Below the pieces are notes generated by a model. It made no database searches. It saw only the letters and a program-made list of their open reading frames with translations, and had not been told where the DNA came from. Positions 20,975 through 31,743 of a stretch of DNA of 64,000 bases are shown here, one piece after another (within the stretch, counting starts at the first letter, position 1; every line of letters begins with the position of its first letter). Location: positions 480,001-544,000 of the forward strand of contig CBDCMT010000001.1 of the NCBI GenBank assembly GCA_965219095.1, in the 5' to 3' direction. The stretch is from Bdellovibrionales bacterium. Its GTDB lineage: Bacteria; Bdellovibrionota; Bdellovibrionia; Bdellovibrionales; UBA1609. The position numbers and the translations under genes were made by a program.

Positions 20975-22102
20975 TTATATATTATCTTCTTTTTTAAAAC
21001 GACTCAAACATTCTTTTTTAAAAACCTCCCATCGGTTCTCTAAGATAGCTTTTCTAGCCTTTTTCATCAAGTCCAAGTAAAAATGAACGTTATGAAGGGT
21101 GTTAAGACGAGCAGCATTCCACTCTCCTGAACTAAAAAGATACCTCAAGTAGGCTTTACTAAAATGACGGCAAGTGTAACAAGAACACTCCTTATCAAGA
21201 GGACTGTCATCCTCTTTAAACTCCTTTCTTTTGATATTGATCTGCCCCTGCCAGGTGTAAAGAGTCCCATTCCTTGCCGTACGTGTAGGAATAATACAGT
21301 CAAACATGTCAATACCTTGATCAATACTATGAATTAAATCCAAAGGCTTTCCTACTCCCATAAGATAGCGAGGTTTAGAAAGAGGCATAAAGGATGTAAG
21401 TTCACTTAAAAGACTAAGCATCTTCTCTCTAGGCTCCCCCACACTCAAGCCTCCAAGAGCATAACCAGGAAGATCCATCTCAAGAGTCATTTTTAAACTC
21501 TCTTGCCTCAGATCGGAATAAAGTCCTCCTTGTACAATACCAAAAAGAAGTTGCTTTCTAGGATTTTTGAGATGCTCTTTCTGACACCTCTTAAGCCACT
21601 TTCTTGTAAGCTCTATGGATTCTTGGACTTTTTTACGGCTTGAAGGGTAAGCAAGGCACTCATCAAATGCCATAATAATATCAGCATTTAAATTTTTTTG
21701 AATTTGAATGCTTTTTTCAGGAGTCAAAAGATGAGAAGAGCCATCAATGTGGCTTTGAAAGTAAAGCCCTTCTTCTGTTACTTTGTTCCTATGAGCTAAA
21801 GAGAAAACCTGAAAACCTCCGCTGTCTGTGAGAACAGGTTTATGCCAATTCATAAATTCATGAATTCCTCCCCTTCTTTGAATCAACTCACTAGAAGGAC
21901 GCAAATGAAGGTGATAGGTGTTTGCTAACAAAACCTGAGCCTGCATATGCTCTAAATCATCAGGTAAAAGAGTTCGGACACTAGCTCTTGTTCCTACAAC
22001 CATAAACACGGGTGTAAGAATCTCTCCATGGAGGGTTCTCAAACGTCCAGCACGAGCTCTATGATCTTGATTTTCTAATACAAAATATCCTATATTTTCC
22101 AA
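20975..22102 (-). CDS. tgt: tRNA-guanine transglycosylase
   Basis: NTYHL, TDSGGFQVFSL, DMFDC, CxCxxC zinc site. Confidence 0.96.
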   Translation of the reverse strand: MENIGYFVLENQDHRARAGRLRTLHGEILTPVFMVVGTRASVRTLLPDDLEHMQAQVLLANTYHLHLRPSSELIQRRGGIHEFMNWHKPVLTDSGGFQVFSLAHRNKVTEEGLYFQSHIDGSSHLLTPEKSIQIQKNLNADIIMAFDECLAYPSSRKKVQESIELTRKWLKRCQKEHLKNPRKQLLFGIVQGGLYSDLRQESLKMTLEMDLPGYALGGLSVGEPREKMLSLLSELTSFMPLSKPRYLMGVGKPLDLIHSIDQGIDMFDCIIPTRTARNGTLYTWQGQINIKRKEFKEDDSPLDKECSCYTCRHFSKAYLRYLFSSGEWNAARLNTLHNVHFYLDLMKKARKAILENRWEVFKKECLSRFKKEDNI

Positions 22103-23127
22103 ATGGAAAGGTCTCCATAGCTAAATAGACGAAACCGGTTTTTAATGGCTTTTTGATAGGCTTCTTTCACTTTCTTTTTTCCTGCAAAAGCCTGTACTAA
22201 AGCCAAAAGGCTTGATTGGGGCTGATGAAAGTTTGTCATTAAAGCATTTACCATAAAAAATTGGTCCCCTGGTTTTAAAAATAAACTTGTTTTTGTTTCA
22301 TAAAAAGAACAGGGTTTTTCCTTGAAATAAGGGCTACGAGCATAAGTCTCCAAAGCACGCACAACAGTGGTTCCTAAGGCCCAAACGCAAGCTCTTCTAT
22401 CCTTTTCGTAAAGAGTTTGTAGTGTGCTTTGAGGAATCAAAACTCTCTCTTCAGGCATACGATGTTTCTGAAGGCTTGTTCTCAAAGGTAAAAAAGTTCC
22501 TAAACCCACATCAAGAGTAAGGGGTGCTAGTTTAACTTTTTTTTTGTTTTTTAAGAATTCCAGATCTTTTGTTGTAAAATGAAGACTTGCTGTAGGAGCA
22601 GCTAAACTTCCCCTCCCTAACTCTTTACATGCCCAGTCTAGCTGATACCAAAAGTGATCCTTATACTCTGAAAGATCTTTTTTTCTTCTTTTAGAAAGAT
22701 AAGGTGGTAAAGCCATTAGACCATAAGCTTCAAAATCAAAGTCTGTGATTTTATCTGTCAGTTTTATAGTTTGAGGAAGCCCCTTTTCTAAAAGCTCAGC
22801 TCTTATTAATTTATGAGTTTGAAAATGTAACACCTTTGTCTTTTTAACAGGGTAAAGAACCTGCCACAACTTTTCTCCAAGCTCTTTTACAAACACCACA
22901 TCTATATTCTCTAAAGATTTAAGCCTGCGAGGCAAAACATAGCTTTGGTTAAAAACTAAAACATCTCCTGGATCAAAAACTTCAAACACAGTTTTCTTAT
23001 TGGTTATGATCTTACTTTCTGAACTTTTACAATCTATAAAAAGGGCTTTAAAACAAGTACTAGGCTTCACAGCTATAAGCTCTTTAGGATAAAGATAATC
23101 TAAATCACAAAGGTCTGTAGTTTCCAT
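22090..23127 (-). CDS. queA: S-adenosylmethionine:tRNA ribosyltransferase-isomerase
   Basis: LPPY, AAPTASLHFT, GTTVVRALE, TNFHQP, RLFSYGD. Confidence 0.93.
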   Translation of the reverse strand: METTDLCDLDYLYPKELIAVKPSTCFKALFIDCKSSESKIITNKKTVFEVFDPGDVLVFNQSYVLPRRLKSLENIDVVFVKELGEKLWQVLYPVKKTKVLHFQTHKLIRAELLEKGLPQTIKLTDKITDFDFEAYGLMALPPYLSKRRKKDLSEYKDHFWYQLDWACKELGRGSLAAPTASLHFTTKDLEFLKNKKKVKLAPLTLDVGLGTFLPLRTSLQKHRMPEERVLIPQSTLQTLYEKDRRACVWALGTTVVRALETYARSPYFKEKPCSFYETKTSLFLKPGDQFFMVNALMTNFHQPQSSLLALVQAFAGKKKVKEAYQKAIKNRFRLFSYGDLSIWKI

Positions 23128-23219
23128 AACAAACTCTTAACATACACAAAGTAAGTTCAAATTAAAAGATTGCTTATAGACTTTTTTGAAAGAGGCTGTT
23201 AATTTAGAATTGTTGGCAA

Positions 23220-23307
23220 GCACCAGTGCTGGAACTGGTAGACAGGCTGGTTTGAGGGACCAGTGAGGAATTTCCTCGTGGAGGTTCAAATCCTCTCTGG
23301 TGCACCA
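23220..23307 (+). tRNA. tRNA-Leu (anticodon GAG)
   Basis: Acceptor GCACCAG/CTGGTGC, anticodon stem CTGGT-TTGAGGG-ACCAG, long variable arm, GGTTCAAATCC T-arm, encoded CCA. Confidence 0.95.
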
Positions 23308-23557
23308 GAAGTCAAGCTATGCGAACACTTTTTTTCAAGATTTTTAAAGGACTCTTCAAGAGTCCCTAAAAACCCTTGGCCAGCGTAGTAGTGAATCTTG
23401 ATGCTATCTAACCCCACCTCGACCTTGTAAACCAACCTCTTGATAATCTTAGCTTTTTCTTCAGATTTTGCTGATTCTTTGAAAGCATCTTTTACAAGTT
23501 TTAAGAATTTTTGATAATGAGTAAAATCCACAGGCAAATCTCCTGAAAACCCTCTAG
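23286..23557 (-). pseudogene. C-terminal fragment of a large serine recombinase running into the tRNA 3' end
   Basis: KAKIIKRLVYKVEV-type tail; stop lies inside the tRNA; cut by IS630-B at CTAG. Confidence 0.6.
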
Positions 23558-24808
23558 TACAGCATAACATTAAATTTTAATATTTTCATAATGCCTCTTA
23601 AACTTATTTCTAGCCTTATTATTTGTAAACTGCCAATTAATTTTGATTCTGTCTTTGTTTCTCTTACGGGTCCAAGTTTCTACTTCTTTTTTTAGTTGTT
23701 CAAAACTTCCTATACGTCGGTTTAAACATTGCTTTGAAAGAGCCGAAAACTCGATTTCTGCCATATTTAACCAACTGGCCTTTTTAGGAGTATAAATCAT
23801 CTCAAGTCTATTTTTTAACTCCAAGGCCTTTTGAGCTGGCATGTTCTCATAAAAAGAAGAGCCATTGTGAGTGTTTAAATTATCTTGTATCAATGTGATC
23901 TTGTCTACGTCCTTATAATATAAGGACATTTTTCTCATGAAAAGAGCATAATCTTTCTTTGTTTTTCTCTTTCTTACCTCTACAATTCTTCTTCCACTCA
24001 ATGGCTCTATGGCTAAGAACACAACACAGGTTCCATTTCTTTTGTAATGATAATCCTCTCTTTTTTCTTTTCCAGGGCTTACAGGAACTGGCATCAAAAC
24101 ATCTTCTATCAATTGACAAGGACGCTCATCAAAACAAAGAACAGGACGATTAGAATCTAGCTTTCTTTCATAAACTTCTAAAACAGACTCCATTTGGCAA
24201 ATAAAATGAGAATCATCTTGCTTAAACACCACTGTCTTTTTAAATGAGGTTTGACTTCGTTTTTTTTAATATACGACCCACATGGGTGTGAGAAATAGAG
24301 TCTACAACATTTAACTCAACCAACTTATCAGATAGCATCTGTAAACTCCATCGACCATAACCTTCAGGAGCTTTCGTTAAACTCGTAATCTTCGTCCTTT
24401 GCTTCCCTGTAAACTTAGGAGGCTTTCCAGGACGAGGAGTCATAAATCTAATCCTCCCTTCAAGTACCCTTCTTTGATATTTTGAATAGTTCTTAAAGTT
24501 CTTCCAAGAATCTCACAAACCTCTGTGGAACCCTTCCCTTGATGGCTTAAAAGTAAAACCCTGGCTCGTGTTAAAACTCGAGACTGATTCACTCCCTTCT
24601 TCAACATCTTCTCTAATTTTGTCTTCTCTGAACTCTCTTTATCCTTACTTTTGGCTTTCTTTTTGCTTTTGGATTTGCTCTTACCTTTGTTTTTAATTTC
24701 ATCTTTGATCTCATATCCCCTCCTTGGACTTTTTATTAAACTACAACAAATATTATAGGAACAACAAAAATACAAGTCAAATATATTGAAATTTAAGGTT
24801 ATGCTGTA
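23558..24808 (-). mobile_element. IS630 lineage B copy 1 (two-ORF type, degraded)
   Basis: DE..D..E core (FDERPCQL, QDNLNTH, SWLNMAEIE); TIR TACAGCATAAC; CTAG flanks. Confidence 0.9.
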
Positions 24809-24812
24809 CTAG

Positions 24813-26077
24813 TACAGCATAACCTTAAATTTTAATATTTTCATAATGCCTCTTAAACTTATTTCTAGCCTTATTATTTGTAAACTGCCAAATTTTGATT
24901 CTGTTTTTGTTTCTCTTACGGGTCCAAGTTTCTACTTCTTTTTTTAGTTGTTCAAAACTTCCTATACGTCGGTTTAAACATTCTTTGAAAGAGCCGAAAA
25001 CTCGATCTCTGCCATATTTAACCAACTGGCCTTTTTAGGAGTATAAATCATCTCAAGTCTATTTTTTAACTCCAAGGCCTTTTGAGCTGGCATGTTCTCA
25101 TAAAAAGAAGAGCCATTGTGAGTGTTTAAATTATCTTGTATCATCTTGTCTACGTCCTTATAATATAAGGACATTTTTCTCATGAAAAGAGCATAATCTT
25201 TCTTTGTTTTTCTCTTTCTTACCTCTACAATTCTTCTTCCACTCAATGGCTCTATGGCTAAGAACACAACACAGGTTCCATTTCTTTTGTAATGATAATC
25301 CTCTCTTTTTTCTTTTCCAGGGCTTACAGGAACTGGCATCAAAACATCTTCTATCAATTGACAAGGACGCTCATCAAAACAAAGAACAGGACGATTAGAA
25401 TCTAGCTTTCTTTCATAAACTTCTAAAACAGACTCCATTTGGCAAATAAAATGAGAATCGATCTTGCTTAAACACCACTGTCTTTTTAAATGAGGTTTGA
25501 CTTCGTTTTTTTTAATATACGACCCACATGGGTGTGAGAAATAGAGTCTACAACATTTAACTCAACCAACTTATCAGATAGCATCTGTAAACTCCATCGA
25601 CCATAACCTTCAGGAGCTTTCGTACAAGCTAAACTCGTAATCTTCGTCCTTTGCTTCCCTGTAAACTTAGGAGGCTTTCCAGGACGAGGAGCATCATAAA
25701 GTGCTCTCCCTAATCCTCCCTTCAAGTACCCTTCTTTGATATTTTGAATAGTTCTTAAAGTTCTCACTCCAAGAATCTCACAAACCTCTGTGGAACCCTT
25801 CCCTTGATGGCTTAAAAGTAAAACCCTGGCTCGTGTTAAAACTCGAGACTGATTCACTCCCTTCTTCAACATCTTCTCTAATTTTGTCTTCTCTGAACTC
25901 TTTAACTTTATCCTTACTTTTGGCTTTCTTTTTGCTTTTGGATTTGCTCTTACCTTTGTTTTTAATTTCATCTTTGATCTCATATCCCCTCCTTGGACTT
26001 TTTATTAAACTACAACAAATATTATAGGAACAACAAAAATACAAGTCAAATATATTGAAATTTAAGGTTATGCTGTA
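24813..26077 (-). mobile_element. IS630 lineage B copy 2, in tandem with copy 1
   Basis: orfA 25486-25983, orfB ~24825-25480 with indels; A-run frameshift site; CTAG flanks. Confidence 0.9.
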
Positions 26078-26081
26078 CTAG

Positions 26082-27137
26082 TCGAACCCACACAACTTAA
26101 TGAGACTGGTTTTGCTGGGGCATAAAGCCCCAAGCGTATTTTTTGAGGGTGAACCTCTATGAAATCAATCACATTATCATAGATTTCTTTATGCTTTTCT
26201 TTGGGAGTTTTTCTTAGATTTTCAGTAGTTACTTTGAGATTTTCAATGAGCCTCTTTTTATCTACTTCTAAGTGGCTTCTTTTTAAAAGCTCTTCTCTTA
26301 GAAATAGCTCACTTTCCATAAGTTTTTCTCGTTTTTCTTTGATTCTTCTCATTTGCTCATAAATGGGTTCTGCTGGAATGTCACGAGGGATTTCAGAAAG
26401 CCTTATGGGGAAAGGTTTTCTAGCTTCCTACCCAAAGATTTTATTTCTTTTTTTACACTTAAGAGTTGGCCTTGCACTTTAGGAGTTTCTTTAGTGCTAG
26501 ATTGTTCATAGGCTTTGATCATTTGGTTGATGATTTGTAGTTTTGTTATCTTCTCTTGAATAACATTTAAAATAATATCTTCTGTTCTCTCTGCTCTAAT
26601 TCTATGGAGACGACATTTTTTTCCTGTCTCTGTAAAAAGGCTGTTTCCTTTGGTGTGAGAGTAATAGTAATGCTTTTTATTTCTTCCTGTAGCTGACTTT
26701 CCTCCCATAAGTTTGCCACACTCTCCGCACTGAATCTTGTTCGTTAAGGGGTAAGGGTAGATTTTCCACTCATCGGGCTTATAGCGATTTTTATTTGCTT
26801 TTAATATCCCCTGAGCTTTGTTAAAAATAGATTTTGAAAGAATAGGCTTCCATACAGCTTTTACCACCTCCTTTTTTACCTCTTTTTTCTTCTTATTGAT
26901 TTCACGCTCTCCGATATAAGCTCGATTGGTTAAAAGAAGATACACAGAGGCAAGAGTAAAGGTTTTCCCTCCTTTTTCTATTCCAGCTTTATTGATGTAC
27001 TTTTTAGTGTAAATGCCTTCGCTTGTCATTTTACGGGCAGTTTTTCGAGTAGAGCCTGTTTCTAAAAAAAGCTCAAACACCCTTTCCACACTCTTTGCCT
27101 CTTCTTTATTGATAAGAAGGTTTCCTTTTTCTTTAGG
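26082..27137 (-). pseudogene. Large serine recombinase: recombinase, Zn-ribbon and coiled-coil part (frameshifted)
   Basis: LLTNRAYIG, PILSKSIFNKAQ, CGECGKLM, YYY motifs; N-terminal part found at 42866-43120. Confidence 0.85.
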
Positions 27138-27314
27138 CTTGGATAGGGCGGTCAGACAACCGAGTTACAAATGAACTAAGGAATAATTTACCTAGAAATT
27201 GTACCTATTTAACATTTTCAGCAGAAGTGGATATGTGAATTCTGCCTCACAAAAGCTTCACTGAAGCCAATCCTATTGTTATGATAGTGTAACTGGACTT
27301 TCGAACTGATTGAT

Positions 27315-27947
27315 TTATTGCCACTTTTTAGGGCAAGAAAAAGTCCCCGCTCTATCTTTTAGCGTTTGAGAAAATTGAGAGCTTTTGAACCCTTCTTCTG
27401 AGATTTTCCTTCTAAAGGAAGAGTATCGTTTTAATTCTGTTACAAAAGAACTAGTTGGAGTCACAAGGCCGATGGGTTTTTTCAAAACTGTTTTAATGAA
27501 TTTCAGTGGCTCTGAAAGATCTGAGTCATTTGATAGAAGAACAGGAACATCGCATTTATTTTGGAAACAATCTGCTATCATAAAGGTTGCGATATTTACA
27601 TCTGATCCTTTCTCTTCAAATTTAGAAATCTTAACTTTCTTTTTGTAGAGTGGATTATCTTTTTCTAAAAGCTGTCCATAAACAGTTCGCCTTTTGAACT
27701 GGCCAAAGTGGATTTCTACTTCTGGAATTGTTTTCAAAGCTCTCAAATACATGTGTTGTCTTGACTCAATACTTGGATCATCTGGTTGATCAATAACTCT
27801 TGCTGTAAAATATCTTATTTTTGAAATATGGCAATCTTGAAAACTAAAAGATTTGATTAGTGACTTGAGGTTTAACCATTTGTAAGGTGTCTTTTTTAAC
27901 CGGAAATAAAGATTAAATCCGTCCACATAGACAATATACTTTTTCAA
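27315..27947 (-). CDS. NYN/LabA-DUF88 (PIN-fold) ribonuclease
   Basis: VYVDGFN, EEKGSDVNIA, SNDSDL acidic motifs; likely start TTG at 27947 behind GAGGG RBS. Confidence 0.88.
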   Translation of the reverse strand: MKKYIVYVDGFNLYFRLKKTPYKWLNLKSLIKSFSFQDCHISKIRYFTARVIDQPDDPSIESRQHMYLRALKTIPEVEIHFGQFKRRTVYGQLLEKDNPLYKKKVKISKFEEKGSDVNIATFMIADCFQNKCDVPVLLSNDSDLSEPLKFIKTVLKKPIGLVTPTSSFVTELKRYSSFRRKISEEGFKSSQFSQTLKDRAGTFSCPKKWQ

Positions 27948-27963
27948 AAATATGTCCCTCTTT

Positions 27964-28027
27964 AAAAAGCAAAAGCCACTACAGAGAGTGGCCCGCACCC
28001 ACACCACCGAAGCTATGTGGGGGAATT
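27964..28027 (-). ncRNA. Candidate ~65-nt leader or small RNA (UUCG hairpin plus terminator hairpin) upstream of the NYN gene
   Basis: CCCACA-..C(UUCG)G..-UGUGGG stem, then GCCACU/AGUGGC stem and UUUUGCUUUUU. Confidence 0.55.
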
Positions 28028-28033
28028 ACGTTT

Positions 28034-28062
28034 ATTATGAGTCATATTGAACGAAAAATCAA
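28034..28062 (-). promoter_or_regulatory. Sigma70-type promoter for the leader RNA and NYN gene
   Basis: TTGATT-17 bp-CATAAT on the minus strand. Confidence 0.6.
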
Positions 28063-28122
28063 GCAGAAGTATTATCAAGCTAACGTCTTATAATTGCTTG
28101 AGAAATCCTTGTCGCCTTGAGG

Positions 28123-28281
28123 CTATGATTTCTGGGCATTCTGCCTTACAAAAGCCTCACTAGCCCCAATCCTATCGGCTATAGCTTGGAAGCTACCAAA
28201 TTTTTGTAACAGATCTTGTAACTCATCAGGACAAAGAATCTTTGGATTTGCTCATGCTTCAAACTCAACAGAAAGCTTCAT
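28123..28281 (-). pseudogene. Small HTH-like protein with in-frame stop
   Basis: MKLSVEFEA*ANPKILCPDELQDLLQKFGSFQAIADRIGASEAFVRQNAQKS; related fragments at 27239-27277 and 45938-46031. Confidence 0.5.
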
Positions 28282-28342
28282 GGTGGCTTGCTAGCAAAAT
28301 CTGCTTTGCCTACCTCACTCTCACCTGCACCAAGCTGAACGC

Positions 28343-28526
28343 TGGTCAAAAACCTATGGAAACTTTCCTTGACGAAAAACAAAAAGTAAGGCAAAAGATG
28401 ACTGAACAGCACGCAAACTGACAGACAGTTTTTTATCAACCCAGAAAGGGTAACTGTCAGATCAAGTCGCAACTATTACAGATAAGGGTAACTGTCAGGT
28501 CATATAATCATATAACGTCTATCACA
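28343..28526 (+). mobile_element. IS481-family 3' remnant with partly duplicated right end
   Basis: GQKPMETFLDEKQKVRQK tail and end TGTCAGATCAAGTCGCAACTATTACA; related copy at 41753-41866. Confidence 0.6.
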
Positions 28527-28531
28527 CCTTA

Positions 28532-29659
28532 TACCAATTCCAAAAATTAATTCGACAGTCTTTTGTCGCATAGCGTTCGGACTTTTTGATCAAACTCTGT
28601 TAAATTTTTAGAGTGTCGAAAAAAGATTTAGTTACACAAATTCAAGGGTATGATTTTCTAGCTACTTACAAAGTAGAAAGAAGTGCCAACATCAAGATAA
28701 AACTCCAAGCTTTGCAGCATATGCAAGAAGGAAAATCGATTCAAGAAACAGCAAGTATAGTTTTCTATCACCGTCACAGTATCAAATCCTGGTTACAGTC
28801 TTTTGTAGACTTTGATTACGAGGGGTTGATAGATCGAGAAGGCAGAGGGCGCAAGCCTCGTTTACCAGTGACAGAAGAAGAGAACTTCAAAATCAAGTTA
28901 GATGAAATTCAAGACAAGAGAGAAGGAGGAAGCATAGGAGCAAAGGGAATACAGGAACTTTTAGCAAATGAATTTGACTGTTGCTATTCTCTTTCTGGGG
29001 TTTATGCTCTTTTAGACCGTCTTAATATTGTATGGATCAGTGGTCGTTCTCTTCATCCTAAAACTTCACAAGAAGCTATGGAACAGTTTAAGGAACATTT
29101 TCCAGAAGAGGTGGAGAAAATAAAGGAAAAGATTCAGACTCATAAAATAGAGATTTGGTGGCAGGATGAATGCAGAATAGGCCAGCAAGGTTCTTTAAGC
29201 AGGATTTGGGCAAGAAAAGGCACACGACCTAGAGTTGTGAGACAAAGACAATTTTTATCCACTTATATTTTTGGAGCAGTTTGTCCGGATAAAGATAAAG
29301 GCTGTGCTTGGGTTTTACCGGAATGTAATTCAGGGATGATGCAAATTCACTTAGATGAGATATCTAAAAATATTCAAGAAAACTATCATGGAATTGTTTT
29401 AATGGACAGAGCCAGTTGGCATACCACAGAGACTTTGATAGTTCCTAAGAATTTATCCCTGATGCCTTTACCTCCTTATAGTCCAGAATTAAATCCCATG
29501 GAACAAGTCTGGCAACAATTACGAAGGATCAAATTATCGAATGCATGTTTTAAAAACTATGACCATATACTGAATACTTGTTGTGAGGCCTGGAATACTT
29601 TTTGCGATCAGGAGGGCAGGATTAAAAAATTATGCACTCGATCTTGGGCAAAACAATGA
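28532..29659 (+). mobile_element. IS630 lineage A, intact transposase ORF 28613-29659, right end missing
   Basis: WWQDE, MDRASWH, PPYSPELNPME; left TIR after TA; GTG start. Confidence 0.92.
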
Positions 29660-29770
29660 GTTTAAAGAAGTAGTTAGAAAAATTATTTCTAATCAGGTGT
29701 ATGAAAAAATTAGCAGTAAAACTGAGAAGGCTTAGGGGTAATAAATAATTAAATTAAATGGATAAAACTT

Positions 29771-31405
29771 ATGGAAAAGAAAGAGCTCATATCAAGAATC
29801 AAGAAAAGAAGAATTGAAGCTCAACTTGAAGGGGTTGAGTTTAAAAAAAGTTGGAGGCAAGAATGCGGCAAGAGCGTATCAGCAATTGCTAATGACGAAA
29901 ACATTTTCAAAGGCTGGCTTGTTATTGGAATCAATGATGATGGCACTTTAGCTGGAAGAGATACGATCTGGCTAAAGAAAACAGAACAAATCATCTCTAA
30001 CCATATCATACAATATCTAGAGCCTTCATGGGCGGTGAAAAGCATTACTTCTGAAAAACTTCAATCAAGTCATTGCCTATTCATTGAAATTCAGAACTCT
30101 CAAGATGTTGTCAAGTGGAACAGCAAGGCTTACCGTTTAATAGGAACGACAAGTTCGGAAATGAAACCTCATGAGGTTATGGCTTTGTCTCTTAGGCTTC
30201 CTGGTTCAGATTTTTCAAAAGCAAAATATGAATCTAATAGCTACGACCCTGCTCTTGTTTCTGCTTTTGCTCAAAAAGTTGTAGAGGAGTTAAATGACTT
30301 TCAAATAGAAGTGGATTCAATAAGTGCTAAGGATATTTTAAGAAAGTTAAATTTAATTGAAACGAATACAGCCGGTATATTATTTGGGGATTTTTCTTGT
30401 AGAGTTGTTCATTTTGACAGCAATGGTGACATTTTAGTTCAGAAAACCCAAAAAGGACTTTATCGCATTCTTTCTGATGAATTTATTGATGGTTTACAAA
30501 ATAGATCTAGGAAAAAGGGAACAATTGTAAGAGGCAATTCTATTTCTGCTATAGAGGAGACTCCTTACCCGATTAAAGCATTGAGAGAAATTTTAGCAAA
30601 TGCCGTCGCTCACTCCCTATATCAGAAAAACCAAGGAGATATTGTTGTTGAAATCCACCCTAACAAAATCACTGTTAGAAACAACTGTTCTATTGAAGCT
30701 AAAGCCTTTGTTGAAAAATGGTTTTCTCGAATGAATAATTCTAGTAACAAACATCTTATGAATACTTTAAGATTGGCTCATATTACAGATGAACAGGGAA
30801 CAGGAAAGATTAGAGTGTTTCGTTTGATGCTTGAAGCTGGAAAACGAGAACCTATTGTTGAGTTTGATGATTTAGTAGATCATGGAAAATGGTCAATTAC
30901 TCTTTTCAACGAGGAAAGCAATGAAAAAATAAAAGAAATTGCTAATGAAATTAAGCAGTATTTTGAAGATGATGATCATTGGAGATTAGCCACAGCTTTA
31001 TTGCTTTGGAGGGAGTATAATTGGTCAAAAATTGAAAGCTTTTTAGATGGGAATTATAAATATATGGCAAATAAAGTTCTTCAAAATATCTATTGCCCCG
31101 TTTTAAAGTATAAGAATAGATTGTTTTTAAAGAGGTGGGCAAAAGTTAAATTAACGGGAAAGAATGCAAAAGGATTTACTGAAGGTGAGAAGGAGTTTTT
31201 ATATAATTTTTTAAGCAACACCTCTTTTGAATCTGAACAAGAAGGCAATATCAGTTCTGCAGATGCAAGAAAATTCATTGGTCTTTCTGACTCCTCTTCT
31301 GAGATGGCACAACTGGCTCGCCTCTTTAGTGAATGGCAAGAGCAAGGAAGAATAAAGATGCTTAAAAGAGGGCATTGGAAGTTTATCGAGCAGAAGAAAA
31401 CTTAG
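29771..31405 (+). CDS. Schlafen/AlbA_2 domain protein with RecG-C-like HATPase and probable wHTH domains
   Basis: VEFKKSW, SAIAN, GWLVIGINDDG; ALREILANAVAH; EQGTGKIR. Confidence 0.82.
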   Translation: MEKKELISRIKKRRIEAQLEGVEFKKSWRQECGKSVSAIANDENIFKGWLVIGINDDGTLAGRDTIWLKKTEQIISNHIIQYLEPSWAVKSITSEKLQSSHCLFIEIQNSQDVVKWNSKAYRLIGTTSSEMKPHEVMALSLRLPGSDFSKAKYESNSYDPALVSAFAQKVVEELNDFQIEVDSISAKDILRKLNLIETNTAGILFGDFSCRVVHFDSNGDILVQKTQKGLYRILSDEFIDGLQNRSRKKGTIVRGNSISAIEETPYPIKALREILANAVAHSLYQKNQGDIVVEIHPNKITVRNNCSIEAKAFVEKWFSRMNNSSNKHLMNTLRLAHITDEQGTGKIRVFRLMLEAGKREPIVEFDDLVDHGKWSITLFNEESNEKIKEIANEIKQYFEDDDHWRLATALLLWREYNWSKIESFLDGNYKYMANKVLQNIYCPVLKYKNRLFLKRWAKVKLTGKNAKGFTEGEKEFLYNFLSNTSFESEQEGNISSADARKFIGLSDSSSEMAQLARLFSEWQEQGRIKMLKRGHWKFIEQKKT

Positions 31406-31406
31406 G

Positions 31407-31579
31407 ATGTCGCCTGAGTGCCGCCTAGTTAAAACTAACCTCAAGAGAGACAGTTATAAACTGTAACTTATTGATATTACTTGGTTTTTATCTATATGTC
31501 GCCTGAGTGTCGCCTGCGGAAAGATAAGGCCATGCAAGACTGTTAATCTAGCACAACCTATTGATATTATTTGGTTTTT
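31407..31579 (+). repeat. Two-unit bipartite direct repeat (~89-90 bp period)
   Basis: ATGTCGCCTGAGTG(C/T)CGCCT at 31407 and 31496; TATTGATATTA(C/T)TTGGTTTTT at 31469 and 31559. Confidence 0.75.
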
Positions 31580-31743
31580 CTCTAAATAATCACTCGGATT
31601 CTACATGTAACCTGAATTCCCCCAAGGTTTTGAACTAGGTTTCAGGACTTAAAGTGTGATAGTTGCGACGTTCAGGCTTTTGATAACTAAACCCAGCTTT
31701 CTTTAAAACTACCCAAACATGGCCTCGAGAAATCTCCACCTTA

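Noticed and set aside
27948..28007. N-terminal extension MVWVRATLCSGFCF of the NYN ORF
   Set aside because: Overlaps the hairpin/terminator leader; the RBS-supported TTG start at 27947 fits the domain start better
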